Shown here piece by piece: positions 12,290 to 26,009 of a DNA stretch of 64,000 nt. This DNA comes from Macrostomum lignano (lineage: Eukaryota). The stretch covers positions 186,001 through 250,000 of the forward strand of contig NIVC01001143.1 in the NCBI GenBank assembly GCA_002269645.1. The letters run 5' to 3'. The notes under the pieces were generated by a model. It was not told the origin of the DNA. It worked only from the letters and a program-made list of their open reading frames with translations, and did not search any database. Made by a program: the position numbers and the translations under genes. How positions within the stretch are numbered: the stretch's first letter is position 1; each line of letters begins with the position of its first letter.

Positions 12290-13740
12290 AATTAGGCCAT
12301 ATTTTCTGAGCATATTGAATAAGAAGTGTTCCCATAATCCCCAAAGTTTCATGCGTCTAATTGTCAGCATTCCCTCACTGTCGTATTTTATCTCAACAAG
12401 GTCTGTGACTCTTTCAGCACTGCAATGGAGCTCAGTCGTGAACACTTTCGTGCCATGCTTTTTTATGATTTCAAGAGCGGCTTGACGTTTCACCAGTGCC
12501 ACGAGCGGCTGCCTGCCGCCTTTCGCAACCTTGCGCCATCCATCGCCCCGTCACCGGCTGGTTCCGCGAGTTCAAGCGTGGCCGAGACAGCTTGGAAGAC
12601 AAAGGTCGGACCGGCCGACCTGTTTCAGTGACGACGCCCGAAACTGTCGACCGCGTGCGGCTCATGATTGAAGCTGATCGGCGAGTGACGTAAAAAACGA
12701 TTGAGGCATGTCTTGGCATCTCATCGCCGACAGTTGCTTCCATCCTTCGCGATCACCTCGCTGTCCGCAAGCTGACCAGTCGCTGGGTGCCGCATTTGCT
12801 CACGGCCGAGCAGAAACAGGTCCGCACGAGCTGGTGCCAGGAAATGCTAGACAGGTTCGGCGGAGGAACGTCGAAGTCTGTCACAGGCATTTTCACATGT
12901 GATGAAATGTGGGTTCATTGCTACGAACCCGAGCGCAAATGCCAGTCGCGTGTGTCGGCTTTTGAAGATGAAACCCCACCGATCAAGGGTTGTCAGGGGT
13001 CGCAGCACTGGCAAGCAAATGGTGGCAACTTTGACCGGCCACATTGCGACTGTATAGCACTCGAGAGCCAGCGCAGTGACTGAAGATTGGTACTGCACCG
13101 TCTGCCGCGTGTCATCAGCAGCCTTGAAGAAGCGCGGCCAAAGTGCGGCGTTCGAGGTCTCTGGCTGCACCAGGACGCCAGTGCGCACACGGCGAATCTT
13201 CATACAGACGGTGGGCTTCCAACAGCTCAGTCATCCGCCGTATTCTCCTGACCTGGCACCGTGTGACTTTTTTCTGTTTCCATCCATCAAGAACTCCATG
13301 CGAGGGTGGCGATTTTCCTCCGCCGAAGAGGCTGTTTTTGCCTATAGACCGGCCGTTGAAGGGGTATCACACTCAGAGTGGCGCCACTGCTTTGCAAGTT
13401 GGTTTGAGCGGATGAGGCGGTGCATTCAAGCTGATGGAGAGTACTTTGAAAAGCTCTGAAAGTTTTATCTTCATAGCTGTTACAGGTCGGCCGGGACGGG
13501 AGATGCTCAAGCAATGGGAGGAGTACGTTGCGACATGCGGAGACAGAACAAATTGCTTCTATAAGGACAAACCAGCTGTCAGACCATCAACAGCTTCCTC
13601 TGGCTTTACAAGCATATTTTTTATGGAGTGCCCAAAGTATCATTTATAGGAGATTGAATTCATTATAACGAATTGCTGTGCTAGCAGCTGCTTCCGTTTT
13701 TGCTCTGGGAAGTGTCTAAACTTTCCGCACACCCCTCGTG
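12290..13740 (+). mobile_element. Degenerate mariner element, right TIR-like end only
   Basis: Transposase relic plus a mariner-type terminus AAACTTTCCGCACACCCCTCGT at ~13718-13739; no matching left TIR found, so the left boundary is approximate. Confidence 0.7.
12425..13459 (+). pseudogene. Mariner (DD34D) transposase pseudogene
   Basis: MELSREHFRAMLFYDFKSG start, WVPHLLT, TCDEMW, HQDA and HPPYSPDLAPCDFFLFP motifs, ending GEYFEKL. Split over several frames with an in-frame stop at 12691-12693. Confidence 0.92.
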
Positions 13741-14461
13741 AATGCTGTAGATTTTGAATGGCCTGTTCCAGCCAGCGGTCCACACCAAAGAAAGCAAAGC
13801 CGAACACAGCAAGCCGCAGTCTGCGGGGCTCCTCTTTTTAGTTTTGCTCGCCAAAGCAGTTGATAGAAAAGGAAAATGGCGTCTGAGCTCTGAACTGAAC
13901 CTCCACTATCCGAGAATTACAGGTTTATATTCAATTCTACGCACAGATAACAGAGAGAGATTAATAAAACAAAACGACTGTTGAGAACTTTCTCCTCGCC
14001 CGGGCATTCGGTAGACGACTCCACGCTGGGCCGGTGTAAAAAAGTGTACGCTAAAATACAACAGCAATTGATACGAATAAGAAAAATGAAAAAAATAAAC
14101 CATCTACCTACTAATAGTAGAGCGCGAGAATAACAAAAACATAAGCGACGTGTGGAGACTGCAGAGCGAGAGAGCGGGTTGATGGTGCCAAATTTAAAAA
14201 AATCGGTCCGGTAGGGGCGGACAAAGGTTACAATAGGCCGGTTAACAATGGCGATTGGGGGACAGACCCAAAGCAAAACAAAGTATAAAATAGTGCGCTG
14301 TACAGACCGACTGCCAGATAAACATCATGTGTAGCAGTGATGTGTGCCTCAGAGTCGCCTCTGAGTCTGCTCAGTTTTGTTTGTTTTTGCATTCTAAAAA
14401 ATATTAAAGCTTTAAAAACAATGAGAATCGAGCCGAGGACTGGTCTGGCCGCTTCCGAGCT

Positions 14462-17400
14462 TCACACCAGGTGGTTGCCGCCGCGCTGCCTGCTGCTGGC
14501 CGGCGCAGACTCGTGATGGACGCTCACCTGCACTGTCACCTGCTGCTGCTGCTGCGCGTCGCTGGAGGACGGACCTGGGGAATAATGAGACAAATAGTGA
14601 TACCACTGCACAGCGATCACGTGACTATGTATAACAGGCTTATTTAAGCAGAAGGCAATCACGTGACCGGTGATGGCGCGCTCGCCAGGCTCAGCTCTGT
14701 GAGACTTGAAATGCAGCAATTTAATTTTCTCACCTGGCGCATCAAACGTTCCGCCGCCGCTGCTGCCGCCCTCAGCACCTGAGCCGCTGCCGCCAAGGAG
14801 GGGCGTTCGCTCGTCGCTGGAGACAGCCGCGGAGGAGCCGCCGCCGCCGCCGCCACCGGCGGCATCTTCCGTCTCGGAGGATTCGCTGTCGCTGCCGGGT
14901 TGGCGCGGAAAGACGCGCCTCTTGCAGACCGGGCAGACGCTGCGACTCTTCAACAGCCAGGGGTCGATGCAGGCCTGGTGATAGGCTGCGGAGACGGGGG
15001 CGAGGGATCAGAGTTGAGGGCAGACTGTCCTAGTGAGGGTCAGAGTGCGAGCGATGGTTGGGTCAGAGTGCGAGCGATGGTTGGGTCAGTGTCCGAGTGA
15101 TGGGTCAGTGTCTGAGTGATGGGTCAGTGTCTGAGTGATGGGTCAGTGTCTGAGTGATGGGTCAGTGTCCGAGTGATGGGTCAGTGTCCGAGTGATGGGT
15201 CAGTGTCTGAGTGATGGGTCAGTGTCCGAGTGATGGGTCAGTGTCCGAGTGATGGGTCAGTGTCCGAGTGATGGGTCAGTGTCTGAGTGATGGGTCAGTG
15301 TCTGAGTGATTGTTCTGTGCCCGAGTGATGAGACAGTGTCCGAGTGATGGGTCAGTGCCCGAGTGATGGGTCAGTGCCCGAGTGATGGATGGAGCAAGTT
15401 TGAGACGGCCAAGCAAGCCGAAAGTAATCACAAGCACAACCAACCATGATTGCACGGCAGAATCCTGAGCTTGTCGCCCTGTTCATAGTCCTCCAGACAG
15501 ATGGCGCAGCACTCGTACGGATCCGTGGCCTTGTCGAACTTCTTCTGCTCCAGCTTCTTTAGGCTGGACCGGGTAAGTCGGTTTTTCTGGCGCTGCCGCC
15601 AGTCCCGGTACCACTTTGCAATCTGCGCGTTGCATTGGGTGAAACTTTTAGTGGCGTAAACCTTTGGGATTTCGTCTTAATCGTCTGGATTCAGGTTTAC
15701 TCGAAAAGTACAAAAGACTACACCTAGAGAATCCCCAACCCGAACTACAACCAGGGAATCCCCAATTCAAAATATATCCAGGGAATCCCCGACCCGAACT
15801 ACAACCAGGGAATCCCCAATTCAAAATATATCCAGGGAATCCCCGACCCGAACTACAACCAGGGAATCCCCAATTCAAAATATATCCAGGGAATCCCCAA
15901 CCCGAACTACAACCAGGGAATCCCAACCGAACTACACAAGGGAATCCCCAACTCGAAATACACCCAGGGAATCCCAACCGAACTACACAAGGGAATCCCC
16001 AACCCGAACTACACAAGGGCATCGCCAACACGAAGTACACCGGAATCCCCAATTCGAAATACAAGCAGTGAATCCCTAACCCGAACTACAACCACAGATT
16101 CTATAGCCCTAAACATTTCCAGTGACCTCAAAACACTCGAACCTTTAGATAATCATTTGTTTGACCAAATAAATAGTTACGAGCTATGGATATACTTTTC
16201 TTTATTAAAAGCAATTTACTCACCCATAGCGAGGTGAAGAACAAGAAGCACACGCTGACGATTGTGATGAAGGGAATTACATAGGCCCTAAAGTCCAACG
16301 GGAAGGCCAGCCAAAAGGTCAGGTAGAATCGTTCTTCATGTCGGGCGTACTGGCGCAAAAGGTAGCCGCAGGATTCGGTCACCATGGCAGCCGGAATTTG
16401 CACTCTGTTGCCGTCTAAGTAAAGAGGGAGACATCGTACTGCTGTTAACTGCCCATCTCTCTGATTGGCTGGACATCCAACCCACCCGAAGTTTACTGTT
16501 CAGTGTCCCTCACTCTGATTGGCTGGACATCCAACCCACCCGAAGTCTACTGTTCAGTGTCCCTCACTCTGATTGGCTGACACCTTTCATAGTTTTTCAT
16601 TATTTTGTCAAGCCTGCTTTTCCCAATTTACACCGCCCTAATTTTTAGGCCACCTCAGAAATGCACAGATCACCTGATTAACTTAAAAGCCCTTCAGTGT
16701 TTTGCAAGTGACGCCCAGTTTCACTTTCACTTTCACTCTAGCTGTGTCCGGAGGTCAAAGATTGAACCCACAGCGAAAATTTAGGCTAGCTACCGCGCTT
16801 GAAAAAAAAGAGTATTGGTTAGGAAATTATTCTGCCAACCCCTGCCCCAGCTCCAGATAAGCGCACGGAGGCAAGTAGCGCGCTTATTGCAATTCACTTA
16901 GCAATTTGAAACTGCCATAGGCTTCGCAGTGAAAAGTGAAATTGGAGTCGGAGCCTTATAAAAACGACATTCATTATCTGGGCAAAATTCATAGGTAAAA
17001 TATTCATTGAGACTTTATATGAGCCTGGAATTCCGACAGAAGTTCTACCCAAACCAACGGCCTCAGTGGTGGGAATATTCCACAGGACAATTTAAGTGTT
17101 GTGAAGATCAGTAGTGCATTAGCCAGGTCGATTTTTATAGTGGAGAGATTCCCAAGGTCGATTTTTGTAGTGGGGGAGATTTCCAAGGTCAATTTTTATA
17201 GTGGGGAGATTCCCAAGGTCGATTTTTGTAGTGGGGGAGATTCCCAAGGTCGATTTTTATAGTGGGGAGATTCTCAAGGTCGATTTTTATAGTGAGGAGA
17301 TTCCTCAAGGTCGATTTTGTAGTGGGGAGATTCCTCAAGGTCGATTTTGTAGTGGGGAGATTCCATGGGCAAATTTCGAAACTGGTTCTCAGCGAGGGGC

Positions 17401-19475
17401 TCACGATCTGAGGCGTCCATGCCGCTCAGCGCCTCCTCGTAGTTGACGATTATCGCCAGGCCGAATCCCGCAGCCTGGGCGTTCAGCACCTTCGTGTCGA
17501 AGTAGCAGGCCGACCGGCCGGGCAGATCCCGGTTGATGACAGCAGCCCAGCGGACCGCGGTGCCGTTGAGGCTATGAGGCGGTCGCTGCATGTTGGCGCA
17601 CCCGTTGATCGGCTCCGCGCTCAGAGGGAGCGCCTGCGATAGGGGGAGATAGACGTTGAGGATTTCTGGATAGACAGGCCTTGAAATGCTGATCCCGAAT
17701 CCTGGGGATTCTGATCCCGAATCCTGGGGATTCTGATCCCGAATCCTGGGGATTCTGATCCCGAATCCTGGGGATTCTGATCCCGAATCCTGGGGATTCT
17801 GATCCCGAATCCTGGGGATTCTGATCCCGAATCCTGGGGATTCTGATCCCGAATCCTGGGGATTCTGATCCCGAATCCTGGGGATTCTGATCCCGAATCC
17901 TGGGGATTCTGATCCCGAATCCTGGGGATTCTGATCCCGAATCCTGGGGATTCTGATCCCGAATCCTGGGGATTCTGATCCCGAATCCTGGGGACTCTGA
18001 TCCCGAATCCTGGGGATTCTGATCCCGAATCCTGGGGATTCTGATCCCGAATCCTGGGGATTCTGATCCCGAATCCTGGGGATTCTGATCCCGAATCCTG
18101 GGGATTCTGATCCCGAATCCTGGGGATTCTGATCCCAAATCCTGGGGATTCTGATCCCGAATCCTGGGGATTCTGATCCCGAATCCTGGGGATTCTGATC
18201 CCGAATCCTGGGGATTCTGATCCCGAATCCTGGGGATTCTGATCCCGAATCCTGGGGATTCTGATCCCGAATCCTGGGATTCTGATCCCGAATCCTGGGG
18301 ATTCTGATCCCGAATCCTGGGGATTCTGATCCCGAATCCTGGGGATTCTGATCCCGAATCCTGGGGATTCTGATCCCGAATCCTGGGGATTCTGATCCCG
18401 AATCCTGGGGATTCTGATCCCGAATCCTGGGGATTCTGATCCCGAATCCTGGGGATTCTGATCCCGAATCCTGGGGATTCTGATCCCGAATCCTGGGGAT
18501 TCTGATCCCGAATCCTGGGGATTCTGATCCCGAATCCTGGGGACTCTGATCCCGAATCCTGGGGATTCTGATCCCGAATCCTGGGGATTCTGATCCCGAA
18601 TCCTGGGGTTTCTGATCCCGAATCTTAGGGGCTCTGATCCCGAATCTTAGGGGCTCTGATCCCAAATCCTGGGGACTCTGATCCCGAATCCTGGGGACTC
18701 TGATCCCGAATCCTGGGGATTCTGATCCCGAATCTTAGGGGCTCTTATCCCAAATCCTGGGGATTCTGATCCCGAATCCTGGGGATTCTGATCCCGAATC
18801 CTGGGGATTCTGATCCCGAATCCTGGGGATTCTGATCCCGAATCCTGGGGATTCTGATCCCGAATCCTGGGGATTCTGATCCCGAATCCTGGGGATTCTG
18901 ATCCCGAATCCTAGGGTTTCTGATCCCGAATCTTAGGGGCTCTGATCCCGAATCTTAGGGACTCTGATCCCAAATCCTGGGGACTCTGATCCCGAATCCT
19001 GGGGACTCTGATCCCGAATCCTGGGGATTCTGATCCCGAATCTTAGGGGCTCTTATCCCAAATCCTGGGGATTCTGATCCCAAATCCTGGGGATTATGAT
19101 CCCCAGAGTATTTAACCCTAAATCCCGAAATTCTGATCTGGTAATTATTTTGCTGTACCATCCATTTACACTAAAAATACCTGACTCCAGACCAACCCAG
19201 CCATTCAACAAACTCTTACACGAAAGCTGCCAAGGAGTTGAACAGGGCCAAAGTTGGCTGGCTCAGCATAGCAGGAGTCCACAGTATCATTATTAGTGCT
19301 GTCAACCTGCATATTTAAAATGGAATCAGGATTCGTGGCTATTGGTCATATTTGCACTCAATGGCTAAGGGCAAAGGTCCATTAAAATACTTACAACAAA
19401 GATTCGCAACTTGGCTCCACAAAATGCCGGCCAGATACAGCCTAGTAGCACTAAAGCCCTAATTGCAAATGACAT
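14462..19475 (-). CDS. RNF13: PA-TM-RING-H2 E3 ubiquitin ligase, RNF13/RNF167 (Godzilla) family, ~376 aa; 7 coding exons
   Basis: Exons 19395-19475 (signal peptide [20 protein letters not shown]), 19220-19306 (EPANFGP), 17405-17633 (PA: AEPINGC...[15 protein letters not shown]), 16224-16414 (TM), 15445-15622 ([21 protein letters not shown]), 14734-14985 ([22 protein letters not shown]; SDERTPLL), 14462-14574. All phases consistent, 1131 nt in total. Confidence 0.92.
15050..15390. repeat. 19-bp minisatellite (GGGTCAGTGTCCGAGTGAT)
   Basis: Visible array in an RNF13 intron. Confidence 0.95.
15730..16095. repeat. ~27/54-bp minisatellite (GGGAATCCCCAACCCGAACTACAACCA)
   Basis: Visible array in an RNF13 intron. 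Confidence 0.9.
17130..17365. repeat. 30-bp minisatellite (GTCGATTTTTATAGTGGGGAGATTCCCAAG)
   Basis: Visible array in an RNF13 intron. Confidence 0.9.
17690..19100. repeat. 22-bp minisatellite (GATCCCGAATCCTGGGGATTCT), ~64 copies
   Basis: Highly homogeneous array filling RNF13 intron 17634-19219; the unit contains the hairpin GAATCC-TGG-GGATTC. Confidence 0.97.
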
Positions 19476-20117
19476 CAACCTGAAAAATAACAAATATTGA
19501 AAACACATATCATTGAAAAATAGAAGATATACCAAAAAAATTTATGTAGATGGCATTTTATATATTTTTATAAATGCATGTTTTTCATGGCTATGGAGAC
19601 AATATTAAAAGCCAACTATATAGATCAAGCCTACTTTGAAACTAAAATGATTAATATTTTTTGGGTTATACATTGCTATTCTATATAATATAGCCTTTAT
19701 TCGGGGCAGGCTAAATAAACAAAGTGATTAGTTTAAATTACATCTGGTAATATTCATATTAAAACATTATTTGTTATAAATCAATATTAAAACAATACAT
19801 TGAACAAAAATAGTAAGTTCTAGCAAAAAAGAAATTAAAAAAGCAAAGCCAACATAAATATACACATTTAAAGGATGTCCATTATCTGGGGAATTTTCTT
19901 ATTGTAGACACTAGGGAATTTGCTATTATTTCCTAGGGACCCAGGGAAAAAATAAGTAAAAAACAGGGGATAACTCAGCTCTTAAATGCCATTGCAAGTT
20001 TGAATCATAATAGCAATGGTCAAAAGCAAAAACTTAAAACGATGTTTGCTTTAAAATCAACCAACTCTTACGTCCTATCCCTTTAAATCTATCCCTAGTA
20101 TGCATACCTTTTTTAGA

Positions 20118-20750
20118 AGGGAGCATGAGAAATTCCCACAGACAAATTGCCTACCAAGATTTGCCTATTGAGATTTGCCTATAGTACATTTTGCTTATGA
20201 GTGAGTTGCCTGTAGAGATTTGCCTACCAAGAATTGCCTATCAAGATTTTTCCTATACTAATAGTGCAATTTGCCTATAAGTGAATTGCCTGCAAGTGAA
20301 TTGCCCACAAATAATTGTCTACAAGTGAATTACTCACTGAGTTTTTTTCCCATCAAGCTTTGTCCCCAATGCTTTTTTTCTAGCAACATATTTGGGAGCT
20401 AGATTTTATCTATATTGTCCTCCCCCCAAAATAGATTTAAAAAAATAAAAAAATGAAATTCAGTTACTATCAAAACTTTTTGATTAGGTAAATCTCTTTA
20501 TTAAGACTTATTAAGCATTGCAAAGGCAATGCAGACAAAATCTATTGTATGGCCAAATGTGCTACAAGAAAAAAGCATTGCAAGCAAACCCTGGTGAGAA
20601 AAAACTTGGCAGGCAATTCATTACCAGGCAAGTTGCACTATGGAAAATCTTGGCAGGCAAATCTCTACAGCATAGGCAATTTGCTTATAGGCAAAATAGC
20701 TAAGCAAATCTTGGTAGGCAATTTGTCTGCGGGCAATTCTTATGGACCCT
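20118..20750. mobile_element. MITE-like element with ~50-bp TIRs and internal AATTGCCTA repeats
   Basis: AGGGAGCATGAGAAATTCCCACAGACAAATTGCCTACCAAGATTTGC at the left matches the reverse complement of GCAAATCTTGGTAGGCAATTTGTCTGCGGGCAATTCTTATGGACCCT at the right. Confidence 0.7.
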
Positions 20751-22139
20751 ATTTAGAAAGAGTCTAGAGGCAAAAAATGCAAATTCAGCAAATATGCTTA
20801 TTGTAGGAGGAACCAACAATAGAACATTATAGGCCTATAACAATTAGATAGTAGCAACAATCAGCAAAGAAAAAACTGAAATATTTGCAAAAATTGATTC
20901 AAATGTTTTTTGACACTTTATGACTTAGGTCCTAGACCTAGGCCTATGGCTATTATTTTTTATTCATAAAGGACAACAGAACTTAATGCCTTGTATAGGT
21001 TGGTGCCACTAAAAAATATCTGAATCTGCGCCTGAGCTTTCTGTGAATCTGTGTGCAAACGATTTTATGACTAATAATAATACACTGACTAAATAAATAG
21101 CCTGGATAAACACTAGATTGAGCTCAAAACATGGAAAAAGTGAAAAAAGTTAGGCCCTAGTTCCGTCCGTTACACTCAATGACTTACACACAGTCGATAA
21201 AAAACCAGCATTTTAGTAAGTCATACAAAACATTTAAATGCAGATCAGAAATGCAACCACTTTAGTGTCCTATGCAATTTTCAAACTCAAACAAATAAAC
21301 AGATCCATCGAGGTCCCATCAAACATCAACATTCTTGTTCATATTATCCACGCCAAACACCGACACCGGAATTTAGTTTTTTTGTCGGGTATAGCAAAAA
21401 GCATTTTAAAGATTAATACTGATATCTTGAAAAACCGTTTTAAGCCATTTATAAAGTTTTTTAATGTTTTTCTTACCAAAGTAAGAAAGAAAATTAAAAA
21501 TGCAAAATTTAAAGTGTTCAAAATAATACTATCGCTGAGTTTATTCAGATTTAGCTTCACACACAGAGTATAGACTAGGATAGAACGATAGAAAGTGTTT
21601 CAGACGTCATTTTCGCATTACGTCGCCTCATCTCATCTTTTCATTTTGTTTCTAGTTTTTATTTTGCATCAATCGCGTAGGTCATATAAATAGCAATTTT
21701 ACTATTAACTTTGCCTTCCAAACATAGAAAGCAACAGTTGCAGTTTAATGACATTTGTGTAAGTTTTTTCTTATGGGAAAGGCCTCCAGGCCATAATGGA
21801 TTCCGACAACAATTCTGTGCACAAAAGCAGTGTTGATGGTGAGTTAAAACTTAAAATGTTTTGCAAATTTAAAAAAAGGATTTCTTATTAAATAAGAAAA
21901 TGGAAATATAATTGTTAGATGCTGGAATGCTTCAGTTTAAAACTTTTAAATAGATTTTAAGGCATTCTTTCGTTTACGATCCCCAAGCAGGTCCAGTTTT
22001 GTATTATGATCCCCATTAAAAGAGTCAACAGGACACTCCAGAATATCAAGAAATTATGTTTCACATTTATTTTCCATTAGACTCACTTCCAAGTCAATTT
22101 AAATTGTCACTGACTCACTGCAAGTCATTGAAATGTAGG

Positions 22140-24465
22140 TGTAGCATATTTATAGAAGCGCATAGCTTATATTCACTCTCATCATATGCAGTGTTGGGCA
22201 AAGTTCTGGCACTTCCGGCACTTTCAGTACTAGAAGTTACTTTTTTTAAAAGTGGCACTTTTTCCGGTTTTTTTTTAATGCTGGACTTGGGTAACGGAAG
22301 TTACTTTTTGATAAGTCTGGTTCTCTGGTACTTGTAAATGAAATTTTAGGTGCCAAATAGCCAATTTAGCACTAAATATTTCCCAAAAGTGCAAAAATTT
22401 CAATAAAATACTTGTAATGTAATACATTTGATTTAAAAAAGGTAAAAAGAGATGATCCTAGATCATGTGGTTTTTAATTTTTAAGTTTGTCATAGAATGA
22501 ATTAATTTTTGGTAGGATCAATAGCAGTATATCAGGACATTACATTCATGATTTATGAAAAAAATGAAGGCCAATTTTTTCATTTCAATGTTGCATTCTT
22601 CATTTTATGAAGATGACATGAGTGATTCATTCTAAGAATGTTTTGATTTTTAGCTCTTGAGGCTAATTATAATTTTCTAATTGCAACACAGAAGTGCTAA
22701 TCAAGTTACATAAAGTATTGTGCATTGGTCTGTTTATCAAATTCTAGCCATTTTTTGTCCTGGCATATTTTTTTCTTAATTATCAACTGGTATATTTCCA
22801 AGGCTACCAGAAGATTGTCATTGATTCTAAATGAGTCAGCTGTGTACAAAAGTATACTTACACTACACTAAAACACTACACTACACTACATTACACTATA
22901 CTACACTATTGTAAAAGTAAAAGTATAGCTGCTATAAAACTATAGCACAATACTATAAGAATTATTCATAGTAGTGCAACAAGAATGACCCACACAAAAT
23001 AAAAGTCTTCTGAAGTATATTCTACTAATTATGATATACCTATTGAACAAAAATTATCTCCATATATACTTCTAAAGAGAAAGAATCAATAACTGAAAAT
23101 TGGCCTTTGAAATTTTTCTGCAAATTGCAAGAGTAGCATCTTGATATACTGTTAATCCTTGTTTTGTAAAAGGTTTTGCTTATTCCCTTAAAATTTGGAT
23201 GCGATAATAATAAACAAAGCATGTTTAACTCTAGACCAACATATATTTTTTCTTTTTTTTCACAAAGGCATGTTTAAGCACTTCTTAATTGGCAGTTCTT
23301 TAAAATTAAAAAGACCAGTAATAGAAGTACTGGAAGTTACTTTTTTATAAAGTACCGGTACTAGAACAAATGCTACAAGTTACTTTTCTTGGAACTGGAA
23401 ATTACTTAACTGCAACATTGGTCATACAATCATTTAAATAGTGAATTTATATGTAGGTGATTGTAAGACAAAACCAAAAGAGCTTGTTGGTTTTGAATTA
23501 CAATCACACCAATAGTAAAATTGTATTGGAAGGATCATATGTCAAAATTTTAGGAAATTATATCAGTATATTAATCAACTGATGGACATCCCATTATTTT
23601 GTCTTAGCTACATCTTAAACATTCTGCACAAGTAAGAATTGGACATTTATTTCAAAATTTCACCTGTCCAGTGTGACTTAGTTTTGTCTAGATTTGTGAC
23701 TTAGTTCCTCCCAATTGCGACTTAGTTCCTCTCAATTGCAACTTAGTTCCTCTCAATTGCAACTTAGTTCCTCTTGATTATGATTTAGTTCCCCCAATAT
23801 TGCGACTTAATTTTTACTTTGTATGACTTTTCTTGCATTTTTCTCTTTCTCTTTCTCTCTCATCTTCCCCCTTTCTCTCTCTTTTCCATCCTTTTGTTTC
23901 TTTTTCTCTTCTCCTTTCTTTTTTTCTCCCAATTTTTCATTTTTTTCATTTTCAATTTTGTGACTTACCTTGGCCAATGGCCATTTCACCTGTCTAGTTG
24001 GGATGGGTTGAATGGATGTTGGGCATGTATGTTTATAACTAATACACCTGCTTCTGGCCCCCCTCACTTTCACCTTACGATCCCCCTCATGAAATGGACA
24101 TGTTTTATATTGAGTGGGGATTGTAAGACAAAAGTGAGGGGGGTGCAAAAACAATTACCATAATGAATAATTTTGTTCTCAACCATTCATCAATTGTTGA
24201 TGGAGGCATACTGTTTGACGTGGACTGTGACTTCGTGTTTGTAGAATAAACATGATCTAACTACAAATTTTGAACCATACTAATCCATTCAATTTTGTGA
24301 TACAATCCCTATAATACAATTTTACTATTGGTGTAATCATAATTCAAAACCTACAAGCCCTTTTGGTTTCATCTTGCAATCATCTATATATAATTTTACC
24401 ATTTAAATGATCATATGACAAAAGTGAATATAAGCTACATGTTTCCACAAGATACAAGATTTGAT
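22140..24465. mobile_element. Old non-autonomous TIR element whose left TIR is split by a younger insertion
   Basis: 22161-22188 joined to 23421-23550 matches the reverse complement of ~24292-24440; outer limits approximate. Confidence 0.7.
22189..23420. mobile_element. hAT-like non-autonomous element nested in the TIR of an older element
   Basis: Starts CAGTGTTGGGC and ends TGCAACATTG; flanked by a degenerate 8-bp duplication ATCATATG / GTCATACA. Confidence 0.6.
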
Positions 24466-25064
24466 GCTACAATAAAAATATACTTAGAAGTGGTCCTATT
24501 TTGAAGTTTGATTTTAAGAGCAATTTTTACTTTTTCATCTTCTATAGGGGATTGTATAACAAAAGTCCTGACTCCCATAGGGACAGTGCTATGTAATCAT
24601 AAAATCAAAGAATGCCAATTTTAAAAAATCCATGGTTATGGTTCCTAATATGTGTAATGGAGATCATGGTAATATAATTGAGATGTAGTCTAGAGAAAAT
24701 TTTTTTGGATTATAAAAACTAAATTGTGTAATAGTGCTACTTGAATATTTTACCTTGAATCAATATAACAGTAACCTGTTGAAAATGGGACTGTGACAAG
24801 AGTGGCTAAAAAGTCATTGCAAACAACTATTTAGTGACTCTAGCGCGTCTAGGGCAACTCTTGTGACTTTTTAATGACTCAAATGCCTCATATGCGACAG
24901 AGAGGTGACTGTTGCATCACAAGTGCATCACGTGAGTTGTAGAAGCATAAAAGAGTTGAAAAAAAGTTGTCCAAGAATTGTTGTGCTGGCGCTTAACTTT
25001 CAACTAACTCAGTAGGCTAGTTAGTGCAATTAGAGTTCAATGGGCTAAAACTAAGTGTTTATTG

Positions 25065-26009
25065 CCCGATGAAAATGGCACCTAAGCCAAGAAGCGTCCC
25101 AGAGTCACTTGCGTTGCCCCAAAGTCATTTGCAGATAACAGGTTAAATAGGAAAGAAGTGATTCTAAATGCACAGCGAGGCAGCAACAGTACAACAAAGC
25201 ATTAAAGAGGGGAGCAGCAAATGAACTCCTCACAAGCATTTTTTATTTTTGTTTTTTTATTTAAAAAGAGTGCAAAGAGTGGCAAGAGCGCAAAGACTGC
25301 GTGGCAGCATAAATAGGCAGGCCTCCCCCTCACAGTTTAAACCCCATTACTCCTCAACCTGCGTACATTGGCAAGCTACTAAACCTGGCAGAGTATTGGA
25401 CACATACAAGTTGCCAAAAAGTTGCAGAAAAAGTGCTTTAGCAAAACTGTAAAATTGTTAGCGCATCACTTCTGAGTCAATGAGCATGCATTTCATATTT
25501 TCCCAGAAATGACAATCCAACAGTCTGTTTAATGCCAGTAGAACACTCGTAACAACTCTGTAATGCATCCAGAATGCCTCAGAAGTGACACAGTAACAAT
25601 TCTACAGTGATGCTAAAGCACTTCTTCTGCAACTTTTTAGAAACTGCAAAATGCTGCTGAAATGCTAGAAATGTGATTCTAATTCATCAAGCAACGCAAA
25701 TGCGCTTCAAACACACCTCAGTGACTAATGCAACTCTGGAACATGTCAAATACAACTCTGCGGCCCCAGAATCACTTTACTGTCGCCCCAGAGTCACTAG
25801 AGTCATGCCAGAATCACTTTAGAGTCGCAGACAGTGAAACGCTTCAAAGGGATTCTGGCAACTTGTACCGTGACATCTTGTCACTTTCGATGCATTTAGA
25901 ATCACTTCTGTCCCATTTGACCTGTCATCTGCAGCGCATCTTAAAACAATTCTAGGGCATTGCAAGTGACTCCGGGATGCTTCTTGGCCTGGGTACCATT
26001 TTCATTGGG
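25065..26009. mobile_element. MITE with ~110-125-bp TIRs (CCC...GGG termini)
   Basis: CCCGATGAAAATGGCACCTAAGCCAAGAAGCGTCCCAGAGTCACTTGC... at the left versus ...GCAAGTGACTCCGGGATGCTTCTTGGCCTGGGTACCATTTTCATTGGG at the right; TSD not clear. Confidence 0.75.

Noticed and set aside
17274-18665. 463-aa ORF with [22 protein letters not shown] repeats
   Set aside because: Read-through of an intronic 22-bp array into the RNF13 PA exon; the true acceptor is at 17634.
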